Origin: Eledone cirrhosa | Lineage: Eukaryota | DNA: 64,000 nucleotides | NCBI GenBank assembly: GCA_964016885.1 | Contig: OZ024751.1 | Span: 41,416,001 to 41,480,000, forward strand | Direction of reading: 5' to 3' | Shown here: positions 26,001 to 40,772 of the stretch, in pieces | How positions within the stretch are numbered: the first letter of the stretch is position 1 | How the letters are laid out: every line of letters starts with the position of its first letter | Made by a program: the position numbers and the translations under genes | Notes under the pieces: model-generated | The model's database searches: none | What the model saw: only the letters and a program-made list of their open reading frames with translations | Told to the model about the DNA's origin: nothing

Positions 26001-26258
26001 CACACGCGCGCGCGCACGCACGCACACACACAATCACTCACTCACTCACTCGCACGCACACACACTCACTCACTCACTCACATACAGACACACACAAAGA
26101 GAGAGAGAGAGACAGACACACTCTCACAAACACACTCACACATATATATCTTCTTTTACCGTCCATATATCTTGCTAGCAAGAATAAGACTATGTATATA
26201 TATGTGTGTGTGTGTGTGTGTATAGATATACACACACACACATATATATATGTATATA

Positions 26259-26346
<88 letters not shown>

Positions 26347-26355
26347 AATATATAT

Positions 26356-26386
<31 letters not shown>

Positions 26387-26387
26387 T

Positions 26388-26530
26388 GTGAGAAAAACCA
26401 CAAACCCTCCATCTCAATTCTACTTTTGAAAAGCAGAAGAACTGCGAAATCGCGGTAAGGAACCAAATAAATATATATTCTTATAAAAAAAGACTCCAGT
26501 TGCATTTTCGATTTCATCTTTTTTCCTTAT
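26388..26530 (+). mobile_element. (TA)n-embedded cassette with decayed hammerhead; second copy at about 40062-40192
   Basis: ttgaaaa-GCAG aagaa CTGC-GAAA-T CGCG G-TA-aggaa. The homologous copy has cctt...GAAA-CCGG-TA-aagg. CUGANGA is decayed in both. Confidence 0.5.
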
Positions 26531-26926
26531 ATATATATATATATATATTAGAAAGATCGAGTATCGAAAAATCGGCGCACGAGTTCACGATAAACGAGAT
26601 TCGACATGAGCGGCAGAGGGCTCAATAATTCAGATGAATCAGAGCTATAACTATCGTTAAAATACCGTCACATATAGAACAAGTCTACAATCAACCATAC
26701 GATTTAAAATCGATAGAGGAAGATTCGGGACAAACAGATAAAAAATATCAATAAAACAATACGTCAATAATTTAAATGAATGTAAAATCATACCCGGACC
26801 CACTAGACAGGTGTTAAATCTAGCTTCATGGGTTTCTGTAAATCCTTAGACTGTACTCTATCAGCTCACATATAAATATAAAAGCCTACTAGAGTAAGCG
26901 GAACGGAGTTTTACTTTCTCAACGAG

Positions 26927-26962
<36 letters not shown>

Positions 26963-26967
<5 letters not shown>

Positions 26968-27063
26968 AAAAAGTATTGTTTTCCTATTACCCACTCTACT
27001 ACCCTAAGTATCGAGTACCCTGGTGTGTTATGGTCCATCTGGTTCCTTACCACAATTCCTTCG

Positions 27064-27066
<3 letters not shown>
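26963..27066 (+). mobile_element. Truncated copy of the 9882 cassette with a short terminal hairpin
   Basis: ttcctattacccactctactaccctaag...ccttcgttat, preceded by the ataggaaaa/ttttcctat hairpin and flanked by (TA)n. Confidence 0.7.
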
Positions 27067-27111
<45 letters not shown>

Positions 27112-28274
27112 TGATGACATGAAAACCTCAATCTTTCTATTTGTTCTCAAATTTCTTTAATTTAAATGAACGGTGGCGTATTCGTAGTTGTGAGTTAATG
27201 TAAACGTAGTTATGAAACGGTTGAAATAAAAAAGACTTTTGGTGAGTTTTGAACCACTTGGGTGTATAATGTGGAGTTGTTTATTAAGAGTAAAACAAAA
27301 GAAATGCAGCTGTTTGTATTAAAGCAATAGCCATATTAAATGGAATAAACAATACAAAGGAGACTAGAAGCACGTCTTTTTGACCTTTAACGTTAATGTC
27401 TGCCAGATTAAAATTTTACGATAGGATTAGACAAATATTGATCGACCACTTAAAAGATGGAATGAATTCTCTTAAAGTAATTTTCTAATTGATCAATAAT
27501 TAATAATAATAATTTTTTTTTAATATTTGGCATTTAAATCAATTAACAATTAATCAGAATTCGTTCTCATTATATTGCTTTGGTATGAAAGTATTTGTAA
27601 TGTATAAGTCCTTATTGTCTATTATTTCTCTTATGAGAAATGAAAACGAGGAGCTCATTAATTTCAAATATTTCTTGACTTCTATAGATTTAAATAACTC
27701 TTAATTAGGATATTGTCACATAAAAAAATTAAAATGTATGTAAAAAACGTAAACATATTTTGTAAATTGTTTCCAAAATTCCAGATTTCTCTGTTTCTAG
27801 TTTTTGTTTAATTAGCGATGGTACTGTTACAGCGTGATTTAAAAAGGCGTACATGAACCCATAAACATGCACGTAGTCTTCTTTGTTTGTACTGAGTTTA
27901 AAAAACCTCATTAATGTATAGTATTTAGCCAGGCTTATCATATCTACGTGTCTCCTCACGTAACATTTGAACCTTTTGAAATTAGATAGAATGCTAGTTA
28001 CCTGTCAATGGAAAGATAAAACAATCACACGTGTTTGTACTTGCTTACATTTCCCAACGTGTTTAAAATCTCGGTTAAATCTTACTGTAGAGTTTCAGAT
28101 TACCTTATGTAATACATAATAAATAATTAACCACTTATCTAATGTATTGCTATGCAAATTAAACTTGCTATTTTGGTTCTCTAAAAAGACCTCCTTCTGT
28201 TACGAAATACCATGGGATTTTGCACATAGAAAAAATTTCACTCTGAAACACAAACTCGCGTATAGTGTGGAAGG

Positions 28275-29627
28275 CCTGCTGTCACCCATACATACCAGTC
28301 TCCAGTGTCCACGTGACAAGACCTGCTGTCACCCATACATACCAGTCTCCACTGTCCACGTGACAAGACCTGCTGTCACCCATACATACCAGTCTCCACT
28401 GTCCACGTGACAAGACCTGCTGTCACCCATACATACCAGTGTTCAGTGTCCACGTGACAAAACCTGCTGTCACCCAGACATACCAGTGTCCAGTGTCCAC
28501 GTGACAAGACCTGCTGTCACCCAGACATACCAGTCTCTACTGTCCACGTGACAAGACCTGCTGTCACCCAGACATACCAGTCTCTACTGACCACACCACA
28601 AGACCTACTGTCACCCATACATACCAGTCTCCACTGTCCACGTGACAAGACCTGCTGTCACCCAGACATACCAGTCTCTACTGACCACACCACAAGACCT
28701 ACTGTCACCCAGACATACCAGTCTCTACTGACCACACCACAAGACCTGCTGTCACCCAGACATACCAGTCTCTACTGACCACACCACAAGACCTACTGTC
28801 ACCCATACATACCAGTCTCCACTGTCCACGTGACAAGACCTGCTGTCACCCAGACATACCAGTCTCTACTGACCACACCACAAGACCTACTGTCACCCAG
28901 ACATACCAGTCTCTACTGACCACACCACAAGACCTACTGTCACCCAGACATACCAGTCTCTACTGACCACACCACAAGACCTACTGTCACCCATACATAC
29001 CAGTCTCCACTGTCCACGTGACAAGACCTGCTGCCACCCAGACATACTAGTCTCTACTGACCACACCACAAGACCTGCTGTCACCCAGACATACCAGTCT
29101 CTACTGTCCACACCACAAGACCTGCTGTCACCCAGACACACCAGTCTCTACTGACCACACCACAAGACCTGCTGTCACCCAGACATACCAGTCTCCACTG
29201 TCCACACCACAAGACCTGCTGTCACCCAGACATACCAGTCTCTACTGACCACACCACAAGACCTACTGTCACCCAGACATACCAGTCTCTACTGACCACA
29301 CCACAAGACCTACTGTCACCCAGACATATCAGTCTCTACTGACCACCCCACAAGACCTGCTGTCACCCAGACCTACTGTCACCCAGACATACCAGTCTCT
29401 ACTGACTACACCACAAGACCTACTGTCACCCAGACATACCAGTCTCTACTGACCACACCACAAGACCTACTGTCACCCAGGCATACCAGTCTCTACTGAC
29501 CACACCACAAGACCTACTGTCACCCAGGCATACCAGTCTCTACTGACCACATCACAAGACCTACTGTCACCCAGACGTACCAGTCTCTACTGACCACACC
29601 ACAAGACCTACTGTCGCCCAGACATAC
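28275..29627. repeat. 47-bp minisatellite, about 28-29 copies
   Basis: Unit cct(g/a)ctgtcaccca(t/g)acataccagtctc(c/t)actg(tccacgtg/accacacc)acaaga. Confidence 0.95.
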
Positions 29628-29822
29628 CATACCACCCATACCACCGATGTTGTCCAAGGGAAAGACAAAGGCCGATACAGCCTTGCACCAGTGACGTCGT
29701 AACTCATTTCTCCAGCTGAGTGAACTGGAGCAACGTGAAATAAAGTATCTTGCTCAAGGATACAGCCCGGGCTGCTTATCGAATTCACAACCTCACGATT
29801 AAACCCCAACGTTCTAACCCCT
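29628..29822 (-). mobile_element. SINE family B abutting the 47-bp minisatellite
   Basis: Reverse complement similar to 9440-9640. Confidence 0.75.
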
Positions 29823-32800
29823 AACGTACTGTTATGCAAATTAGATATTCTATTATGGTTGAATTAGACAAATATATCTATAGGTATCACCGTCTCATGG
29901 GTGTTTGTTCTCCGATGAGTTTCGAACTGGAAATGACAGGAATCAGGACAACCGCAATGTTTCTGTTGACTTCAAGGTTAATAAAAATAATGGCTAAGAT
30001 TGTTGGTAAAACTTTCGTTAAATGTTTCAAATAGGAACTGCTTCCTATATGCCGTCCCACTATTGAAACAACCAGTTGTGATTTATACCCCTATGTTAAA
30101 AACATTTAATTTAATTTATTTTCTTGGATAGAAAAAAAAGGAGATACAAAAGCACACTTACCCATTATTTCATTGATTAGCATCTCGTACAAATAAAGCT
30201 AATCAAATCTTCTACACTCAGATGTTATTCACCAAGTAACGTTAATTAAGATAAAATATAATAAAATAAACGCTTGAAAAATATTTTCATATTATGTGAT
30301 TTACGCCAAAGATTGAGAGACATTTCTAAAACACTCGTAAGAAATATCATTAATAAGATAACGTGTTTTATGTAAAGTGTGAATTTATTTTGCAATTTCT
30401 GTTTAGATTAGAATGAACTGAATTAAGTTTTGAGGACAAATTTTACAAGTAAAGTAATGAAATCGTTGTTGATCCCAAGGTTTTTCTTTATCGAGTAAAA
30501 CATCATTGTGATAGAACCAGCTGTAATATAACAGCGATAACAGGCTTGATGTAAAGAATATTTATAGAATTCCTTGATCAATAAAATCTCAATGATCTGG
30601 GGTTTTTTATTTTAGTTATTAACGATACTGTGATGTATTATATGAAATTAACGGTTTTGAAACGAGGCCAGTATTTGAATTCTGTTCCGTTTTAATAAAA
30701 TAGAAATTTAATAAAACGAGTTATGAACTCTATCTAACGTGATTGAGAGAGAATATAAAGCAGGTTGACCTGCTAAAACTGATAAGGGAAAACGTAATTA
30801 ATTTAAGCATCGTTATTTAAGACGCTGTTTGTAAGGAAGTCCATAATTCATCCTTTTTTCATTGGGATATATCTTGGAAAGATGTTACATAACCTTTGCG
30901 AATTAATACCCGTAACATATATAGCTTTTTTATATTGAATCGATATTTTATATTGAAACTACTTAAAAACAACAACCAAAACAAAAGAAGCTAAACAAAA
31001 ATAGAGAAAAAGAAAAATGAAAACCAAAATTTAATTTGTCCTATGGCAAGAATTTTATGTTGGATTTTCTTCATAAATCCACCAAATACAGAGACAAAAT
31101 TAATGAAACAAATAGATGTTTTCATAACGGAAAAAAATTAAATATCATACATGAATGATCACACATTTATTTCAATTTCCGTTTAAACTGTTGAATTAAC
31201 TACGACGTATAAGTTTACTATCTAATACATAAAATATAAATTACCACATAAACCTCATAGCATGATATCCAACCCTCTTATCAAGTTGATCAGAAGAGCA
31301 TCGGACTCAATACAAAAAAAAAAAAATCAGGATCACATAAAACAACAATTTATGTTAGCGATCAGAACAAATATTACTTTTAACTATGTAGTAATAATTG
31401 TTTCTACTTTTAGCACAAGGCCAGCTATTACCCAGTGCATTACTGGTACTTTATTTTATCGACCCCGTAAGGATGAAAGGCAAAGTTAACTATGTAGTAA
31501 TAATAAATACTGGACCCAAACGAAAAGGCAAGTAAAAAGGTTGTTTGTGAGGTCATTCACAACGATAAAATATATTGAATATTCTTGCTTTTTCTGTATA
31601 AGTATCCTGCATGTATTTCAACTTGAGGGTATGTCTATGTTTCTCATACATGTCAGTATAAGAAAGATAGCATCTTAAAAGATATTATACATTTTATCTC
31701 AACTTACCTACAGGGTGAGCCAAGTTTTAAACAAAAATCTCTGAGATAAATTGGATAACTATTAATGAAATGTTAAATGTGGCGTCAAATGCTTCCAATA
31801 CTATCTAATTACTGAGATCACATTCAACGAGAAGAGAACACGTACTGCTATAAAATACTTAAAGAGAGTGAAACAGATAAGGTAATGTCCTTCCTGTATT
31901 TTACGACTCGGAGTTCAAACTTCTAAAACTCTACTTGGTTTGACTTACATTCGTGCGGAGTTATTTAGTGTCATTTACTAAAGTATGTGGTTACATCACG
32001 TTCACAATGCAGCCACGTAGACAGAGAATATGGTTAAAATTAATTAGTAATCTAATACAGAAGTCTTTTTAAATGGTGGTTTGCAATAATACTATTTAAT
32101 ATTACTTACGTGTGTAGAGCGGTGGATTGGCAGTATCGGCCCTTTATGATCTGGTGTTCAAATCCCGCCGAAGTTAACTTTGCCTTTCATCCTTTCAGGG
32201 TCGATAAAATAAAGTACCAGTCACGAACTGGGGTCGATTTTAATCGATCTTCCCTCCCCCAAAATTGCTGGCCTTGTGACTATAGTAGAAATCAATATTA
32301 CTTACGTGTGTGTGTTTGTGTCTGTGTATGTGTTTGTATTTATATTTATATCTGATACTATAAGAATAATTTGGTGTTTTGATGTCAGCCTTTTTCTTGA
32401 GTTGAACATTAGAATTTTGTTTATTCCAAAAGCTTTTGGAACTTGAGAATTTGTAACCTTTCTAAAGACCCCTATTGGGGCGGGAAAGTCGATTAAAATC
32501 GACCCCAGTTCGTGACTGGTACTTTATTTTATCGACCAAGCCTAGAAGCTCATCATCCCGGTGCTTATCCTAGTTTATTTGGTGATAGGTGACTGAGAGT
32601 ACAAGACTCCCCTATTGGACATGACACCAGGATATCACACAGTTAACACCCCAGATATTGCTGGTACTAATTTTCAGCTCAATATAGTGGAACATCTGGA
32701 AAATGATGTGTTTTACTCAAGAACACAAAACACATCTCAGTTTCAGGAATCGAACTCACGACATTATGATCGTAAGTCCAACAACCTTTCAACTAGGTGC

Positions 32801-32833
32801 CTCCATATATATATATATGTATATATATGTATA

Positions 32834-32893
<60 letters not shown>

Positions 32894-32922
32894 TCCATAT
32901 ATATATATATATGTATCTATAT

Positions 32923-33278
<356 letters not shown>

Positions 33279-33454
33279 AGGCACCTGACCTAGTTGAAAA
33301 GTTGTTGGATTTACGATCATAATGTCGTGAGTTCGATTCCTGAAACTGAGATGTGTTTTGTGTTCTTGAGTAAAACACATCATTTTCCACACATCATTGA
33401 GCTGAAAATTAGTACCAGCAATATCTGGGGTGTTAACTGTGTGATATCCTGGTG

Positions 33455-33627
<173 letters not shown>

Positions 33628-34432
33628 TATATATGCGTATATAATTTTAAAACATACACAGTCTAATCATTTTGTTTGGAAAAATAAGCGATTTTCCCGC
33701 CATCCATCCTCTTCATCTCTTCCTTCCCCTTCTTCTTACAATCACAGCCCTCATCAAGTGGATTGGCAGTATCGGTAGAGGGTCGGACGCCATGCTTTCC
33801 AGCATAGTTACGTCCCTTTACGATCTGAGTTCAAATCCCGCCGAGGTTGACTTTGCCTTTCATCCTTACGGGGTCGATAAAATAAAGTACCAGTAATGCA
33901 CTGGGTAATTGCTGGCCTTGTGCCTAAAGTAGAAACAATTACTGAGTATACTGGAGCAACCTGAAAATGGAGCGTATTTTATTTTCTCAAGAACACAACA
34001 CAGAACTCGAACCTATGACATTAACATCGTTAGTTCAACATCTCAACCATTAGGTCAGACAATTTCACTTTCAATAGTTTCATCCAAAACAAATCAAGAT
34101 AATATAGGAAGAATATAATTATAGCTTCTTATCAATTCTATACGAAGATAAATGCAAATTTTATGCACTAGAATTAAACTCATCTAATCTTCGTTGATAT
34201 AGCCATTGAATACCCCGGAGAAAAGAATAAATTAGAATCATAAACACATATTCTTAGTAATGTTATTAATAACATAGTTACATATCCAGTGAGACATATA
34301 TGGCTATATTTATGCATATATCACCATACAACGTATGTGAACTTTCGTGTGTCTATGTATGTATGGCTACGTATTTATATTATGTACATATATACATGTG
34401 TCGGTGTGTGTATGTATATATACAAATATATG

Positions 34433-34477
<45 letters not shown>

Positions 34478-34500
34478 GTATATGTATGTATGTATATGTA

Positions 34501-34532
<32 letters not shown>

Positions 34533-36554
34533 CTTATATGCATATATATATATATATGTACATATATATACATACATAAATACATACACATACACATACA
34601 CACACATATATATATATACAGAGTGTATATATCAACAATCTTGCTTTAAATCAATATAGATTTAGTTCCAAACATTTCTCACACAATATATAACACCAAA
34701 AGAAAACGATCTTATTGAACTTTATTCATTGAAGTGTTAACCTGTTGCATCTTTCCTCGTATTTGTACCTGGATCAGGTACAAATGTAAGACAGTATCTA
34801 TGCTCCATATTATGTTTCTTGGAGTAAACATCTCTATCAAATTTAATTAAGCGTAGCTAGATAATTCTTTGCAACGTATTTATTCCTTCTTTGAATCTCA
34901 TAAAATTCCAATCAAAATCTTTATTCTAAGATGTCTGATACAAAGCTGAATCCGAAATAGGCTAACAGAGATATATTTAGAGAGAACGGATGGTAGAGTT
35001 ATCTTGAAAGACTTCACTGCGAGACAGACGACGGAAAGAAAGAGAAAGAAGAGAAAATAAAAGACGAAGACCTTGTATTATACATTAGTGTCAGAATATT
35101 TCAGGCTGATTTAGATGACTGTTATTTCTTCTCGTGACTTGGAGATGGTTAAAGAAAGAACTAAAATAATAATATCAAAAAATAGATTTTAAAAAAATAC
35201 AGAATTCTTTTTTCTGGGTATCATTTTATTTCAAGAATGAAATATCACAAAAATAATTACAGACAATATTTAATAGAGAGAAAAATATGAAATTCTATAA
35301 AACGATAACACTGAAAAGAGTGATAATAATGGTAAGCATTGCATTACAATTTTTGCAATAAATGATCTCCTGCATCAAAGATCGGCAATTATGACATAAG
35401 ATATGGCACTGGAAAAAATAAACTCTGGAATGCAATTATTTTGTTTGTAAAACTTTTTTTAAATGTTCCCAATTCACAATATTCACATATTTTGTTAATA
35501 TAACCTCCCAGTAGAATATAAATGTTAGGGTTGGTGTGTAATAAATTGCTTCTGTAAGTATATAATGAAAGACCATCCTGTCAACTTCTCTTGGTGAAAG
35601 TAAAGATTTAATTCCAGTAAGACATGTTTCTTATACCAAACATTTAGATTCTAAATTTCTTCTAAATTTTAGGAGAAAATTGATCAATATATTTTCGTAA
35701 AGTTAAGATAAATTGCTGAGATTTTGCATAACATTAAATTATAAACTTAAATTATATGGTTTCATGTACGACATTGAACAGAAAAAAGTGAACAGAACCG
35801 CCTACGGGAATCGAACCATGTACAAACTAGAGGACCACATTAATGGTCACTCTGAAGCGTCCATGAAACACTTCTTCTTCTTCTTCTTTTTCTTCTTCTT
35901 CTTCTCACATTTCGCCCGCTGTGCCTCTGCCCTAGGACATAATGGTACTTTTGAGTTCTTGAGTTTGAGATCCCTGCATTAAATGTTATCCTGCATTAAT
36001 ATTATTTCTACTTTTGGCACAAAGCCAACAATTACCCCAGAGCATTTTATCAACTTTGTAAGTTAACCTCGGCAGGATTTGAACTCATAACGTAAAAGGC
36101 CGTAACCTCTATGCTACAAAGCATGCCGTCCAATCCTTTACCCATACTGCCAATCGACTGCTCTTTATTCTGTAATATTGCAACATTGTAATAACATACG
36201 TGTTCATAAATAAAGACAATTTTGTTTTTTTTTAATATATATATTTTTTTCATCTTTATTCTTAAACGCAAAAATATGCAAAACAACATACAAAACATTG
36301 AAATACATATAGTAGGCCTGTTAGGGTAAGAAAACACTAAACCAAGACACAAAGTATTTAACTTCACTCTACAAATATGCTAGCTGCTGTGGCAAGAATA
36401 TACAATGATGTACAGGTAAGTACACTATTCAATGTGTAGACAATATAGACTTTAAAGACCATTTTATACATACGTACATACATATAATATATATATATGT
36501 ATACATATGTATGTTATATATATACGTGTATGTATATATACAAACATAAACCTA

Positions 36555-36623
<69 letters not shown>

Positions 36624-37730
36624 TTTACTAATCATTGTTTGAATACCAAATGAGTTTCATATCATAATCAAATTTTGAGTTAAGAGAACATCGGAATTAA
36701 ATGATTCGGTGCAAATGTGACACTATATACAGACTTTATAGATATTTCCATCGTTTTTTGTTGGGGAATTTTCAGCTACCAAATGGCTGACACATTTTAT
36801 GTCCGACATCATTGCCCTGAAATATAGTCGTGTATTTAAAATAAATAAAATAAAAACAATTCATTCATCAACAGTGACACTTCACCAAAAGAGAAACTGT
36901 ATGCTTATTTACAAATAACAATATTTATTTATTATAATAATGATTCTTTTTAGAAATAAAAATGTAAACATAACGTAATTTCACACATAAACAGATGAAA
37001 ATGTCACATGATTCGCCTAATATATGAAGCATTTTCTGATGTTTTTCGGCAACCAGTGAAATTTTCGGCAACCAGTGAAATTCCGATGTACAGCTAGTTA
37101 ATCTGATAGTTAATGCGTTTGCGAATATTTTTTTTCTATGTACACCGCTTATTCACTTTAATCTCTTGGCCAACTGTTCTTCTTCGTTAACAATAACAAA
37201 GGAAAACGCTCACCAATAGTATTTTCTATTAATAATCACCATCAATGGTGATGATTAATAGAAAATGCTATTTTCATCATTTCTAAAAATAGCAAAACAA
37301 TTGATGCTTTGGATATGATTAATTATTGGTCGTTAGACATGCTCAACCAGCCGTGACGCTTAAACCAATCAGCTTTAGTAATTCAGTGAAACTACACACT
37401 GATTGGTCGAAATACAGTTTGCAGGGCTTAGCATTCTGGAGCCACTTTTCCCTGTATAAAATGTATAAAAGGTAGGAAATTTACCCATCTTATTACAGTT
37501 GAAAATTGCAAACTTGACTGTCACCACATATTATGAACCTGAAGATTGCGAAAGCATGAAAGTACTTGTTCAATTAACACTTAGAATTTAATATTCTATC
37601 ATACTATTTCATTATAATACCATTATAAATTTTAAAGGATTGTAAATAAAACGAGTAAATCAGACAAAGTTGGAATTCCTCTTATTAATATAATCTTCTA
37701 TACACAATCATACACACCCGTGTATATTTA

Positions 37731-37794
<64 letters not shown>

Positions 37795-38294
37795 ACGCAT
37801 ACATACACACATATCTATAAAGGGAGAGAAAGAGAGGGAGGGAGAGTGAAGGGAGAGAAAGAGATATTTGTACACTTGGCGTTTTGATGTAAAATTAATA
37901 ATGCTGATTTGTAGGTTTCATCTTGACAATATAATTGTAAGTTGTTTAGCTCATGTAACATTTTAAAACATATTATCTTAATCCCGCGAATTGTGACATT
38001 TTTCTATTGATTCAAGTAATTTATAACTTTGTCATGTAAATTAATTTATATTATGAAACACTATTGTATATGTTTGCGTTTGTATTTAAAAGGAGAGAAG
38101 TAGGTGAATATAAAACTAAGTATAAATAAAACAAAAGTAAAGTATGTCGGCCATCTAAGATTAATCCATAAATTTATTTTAAATGTCTAAATGTATTTAT
38201 CGTAAGTAAACTACAAATAGATTGTTTTAAAGTGAGTCGTGACAGTTGGGTGAAAAGGTTTCTTCTCTGAACGTTAAATATGACAACTGCATGA

Positions 38295-38580
38295 GTGAAG
38301 CCGCATGACCTAATGGATAAGAATCTTGATGTATGAACGTAATGCCATAGATTTGATTCGATTCCTGAACAGACTGCTGTGCTGTGTTCTTGAACAAAAC
38401 ACTTTATTTCATGTTGCTACAGTATAATAAGCTGTGAGTTAGTACCAGCAGTAGCTGGGGAGTTAATCTGGCGATAGTCTGGCGTCTTGTCCAGGGAGAG
38501 TCTTGTATCCACAGTCGCCTAACGCCAAGGAAACCAGGGATAATCACCGGCCTGAAGAACTTTCAGCTTCGAACAAACAT
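38295..38580 (+). mobile_element. SINE family B, diverged
   Basis: gtgttcttgaacaaaacactttatttcatgttgct and an agtcgcctaacgccaaggaaacc tail. Confidence 0.65.
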
Positions 38581-39508
38581 TAACTTTAACTAACTTAATC
38601 ACAATCACAAAGCCCGAGCGAAACACGAATAGCGCATGTGCAACAATTGACATGATATAAAAGAAAACCTGATATGAGATATTTTATGTTAAAACGAATA
38701 GATTTCTTTATATAATAGTATCTGATAGGTTTATGGTTGAGCTTGTGGCAGTAGAAACCTTTAGCCTTTTTGCCAACCCCTGGACCACATCCCTTCTCAT
38801 TGCTATCGGAGCGGAGTTGGTTACCCGCAAGTGCGAACCCAGCGAAGTGGAATGAATGTTCCAGTGCGTCTCCCTCAGCGTCATCCGAGGGCAATGTGCT
38901 TTTCATCCTGTCGGCAGGGACCACGAGGTGGATTGACCTTTAAGTTTCATTTATAGTATCGCCATGTGGATTAGATTTACTTCCCTAAGCATGGTATCAC
39001 CCTCGCTGCCCTCCGTGGCAATGTCTTCTTCTTGTTGTCACCCGGGACTACAAGGCGGACTGATCTTTACATTTCATATATAGTGGTGGCATGTGGATTA
39101 GATTTACTTCCATAAGTATGAGTAGGTTGAGAAACGAAAGTCGTATCAATTCATGTTTATATTTTACCAATTTTTTAAAATACAAGATTGTATCTACATT
39201 TATGTATTTACAGAACAACGTCGCTCTGTGTATGTATGTATGTATGTATGTATGTATGTATGTATGTATGTATGTATGTATGTATGTATGTATGTATGTA
39301 TGTATGTGTGTGTGTATGTATGTATGTATGTATGTATGTATGTATGTATGTATGTATGTATGTATGTATGTATTTACAGAACAGCATCGCTCTGTGTAAG
39401 TATGTATGCATCGCTCAGTGTTATCATAACATACAGTAAACCATTTAGAACGATATATATTATTCTACCTATATAGCTCATAAAATGCATGATGCTTGTA
39501 TGCATGAA

Positions 39509-39589
<81 letters not shown>

Positions 39590-39768
39590 CATTTCAGATA
39601 GACGCCTGCTATCATCCACTTTTCTAAAAAAACAAATCATACACAAAACGCCAGCACCAACAGTTTTGCAAGAGATGTCAACATGAATGGACCTGTTATT
39701 TTTATCTAAAGACATTTTTTCCAATTCCAGCCGGCCCATCCCCTCAATCTATCTTATTTCTCATTCTT

Positions 39769-39804
39769 TCTTCTGAAGAAGGAGTAGTGTCCGAAACGTT
39801 AAGA
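39769..39804 (+). ncRNA. Ultra-minimal hammerhead-like fold
   Basis: TCTT-CTGAAGA(39773-39779)-aGGA gtagtg TCC-GAAA-CG-TT-AAGA. Stem I TCTT/AAGA, stem III essentially absent. Confidence 0.5.
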
Positions 39805-39902
39805 CCCTCTTCCTGCTATATCAAGCGTTAACCTAATATATACCTTCCATATACTGTACCGATTGTGTTGTTATTTCTGTTTACCTTTTACTCACACACA
39901 CA

Positions 39903-40026
<124 letters not shown>

Positions 40027-40291
40027 ATATATAGTCGTACATACAAGCAACATGCATTTGCGAGAAAAACCACAGACTCTCCATCTCAACTCTACCTTTG
40101 GAAAGCATAAGAACTGTGAAACCGGTAAAGGAAACAAATAAATATAAAAAAAAGACTCCAGTTACATTTTTGATTTCATCTTTTTTCCTTATACTTTCTC
40201 ACGTGTAGGATATATCTCGATTCATTTCATTTTAAAAGAAACCTCCTTTTCTTATATATATATAAATATATATGTATATATACATATATGT

Positions 40292-40397
<106 letters not shown>

Positions 40398-40457
40398 CTA
40401 TCTATATATATGTATATGTATGTATATATATATATATATATGTATATATATCTATCT

Positions 40458-40533
<76 letters not shown>

Positions 40534-40562
40534 GTATATATATATGTATGTATATATATATG

Positions 40563-40613
<51 letters not shown>

Positions 40614-40620
40614 GTATATA

Positions 40621-40665
<45 letters not shown>

Positions 40666-40670
40666 GTATA

Positions 40671-40772
<102 letters not shown>

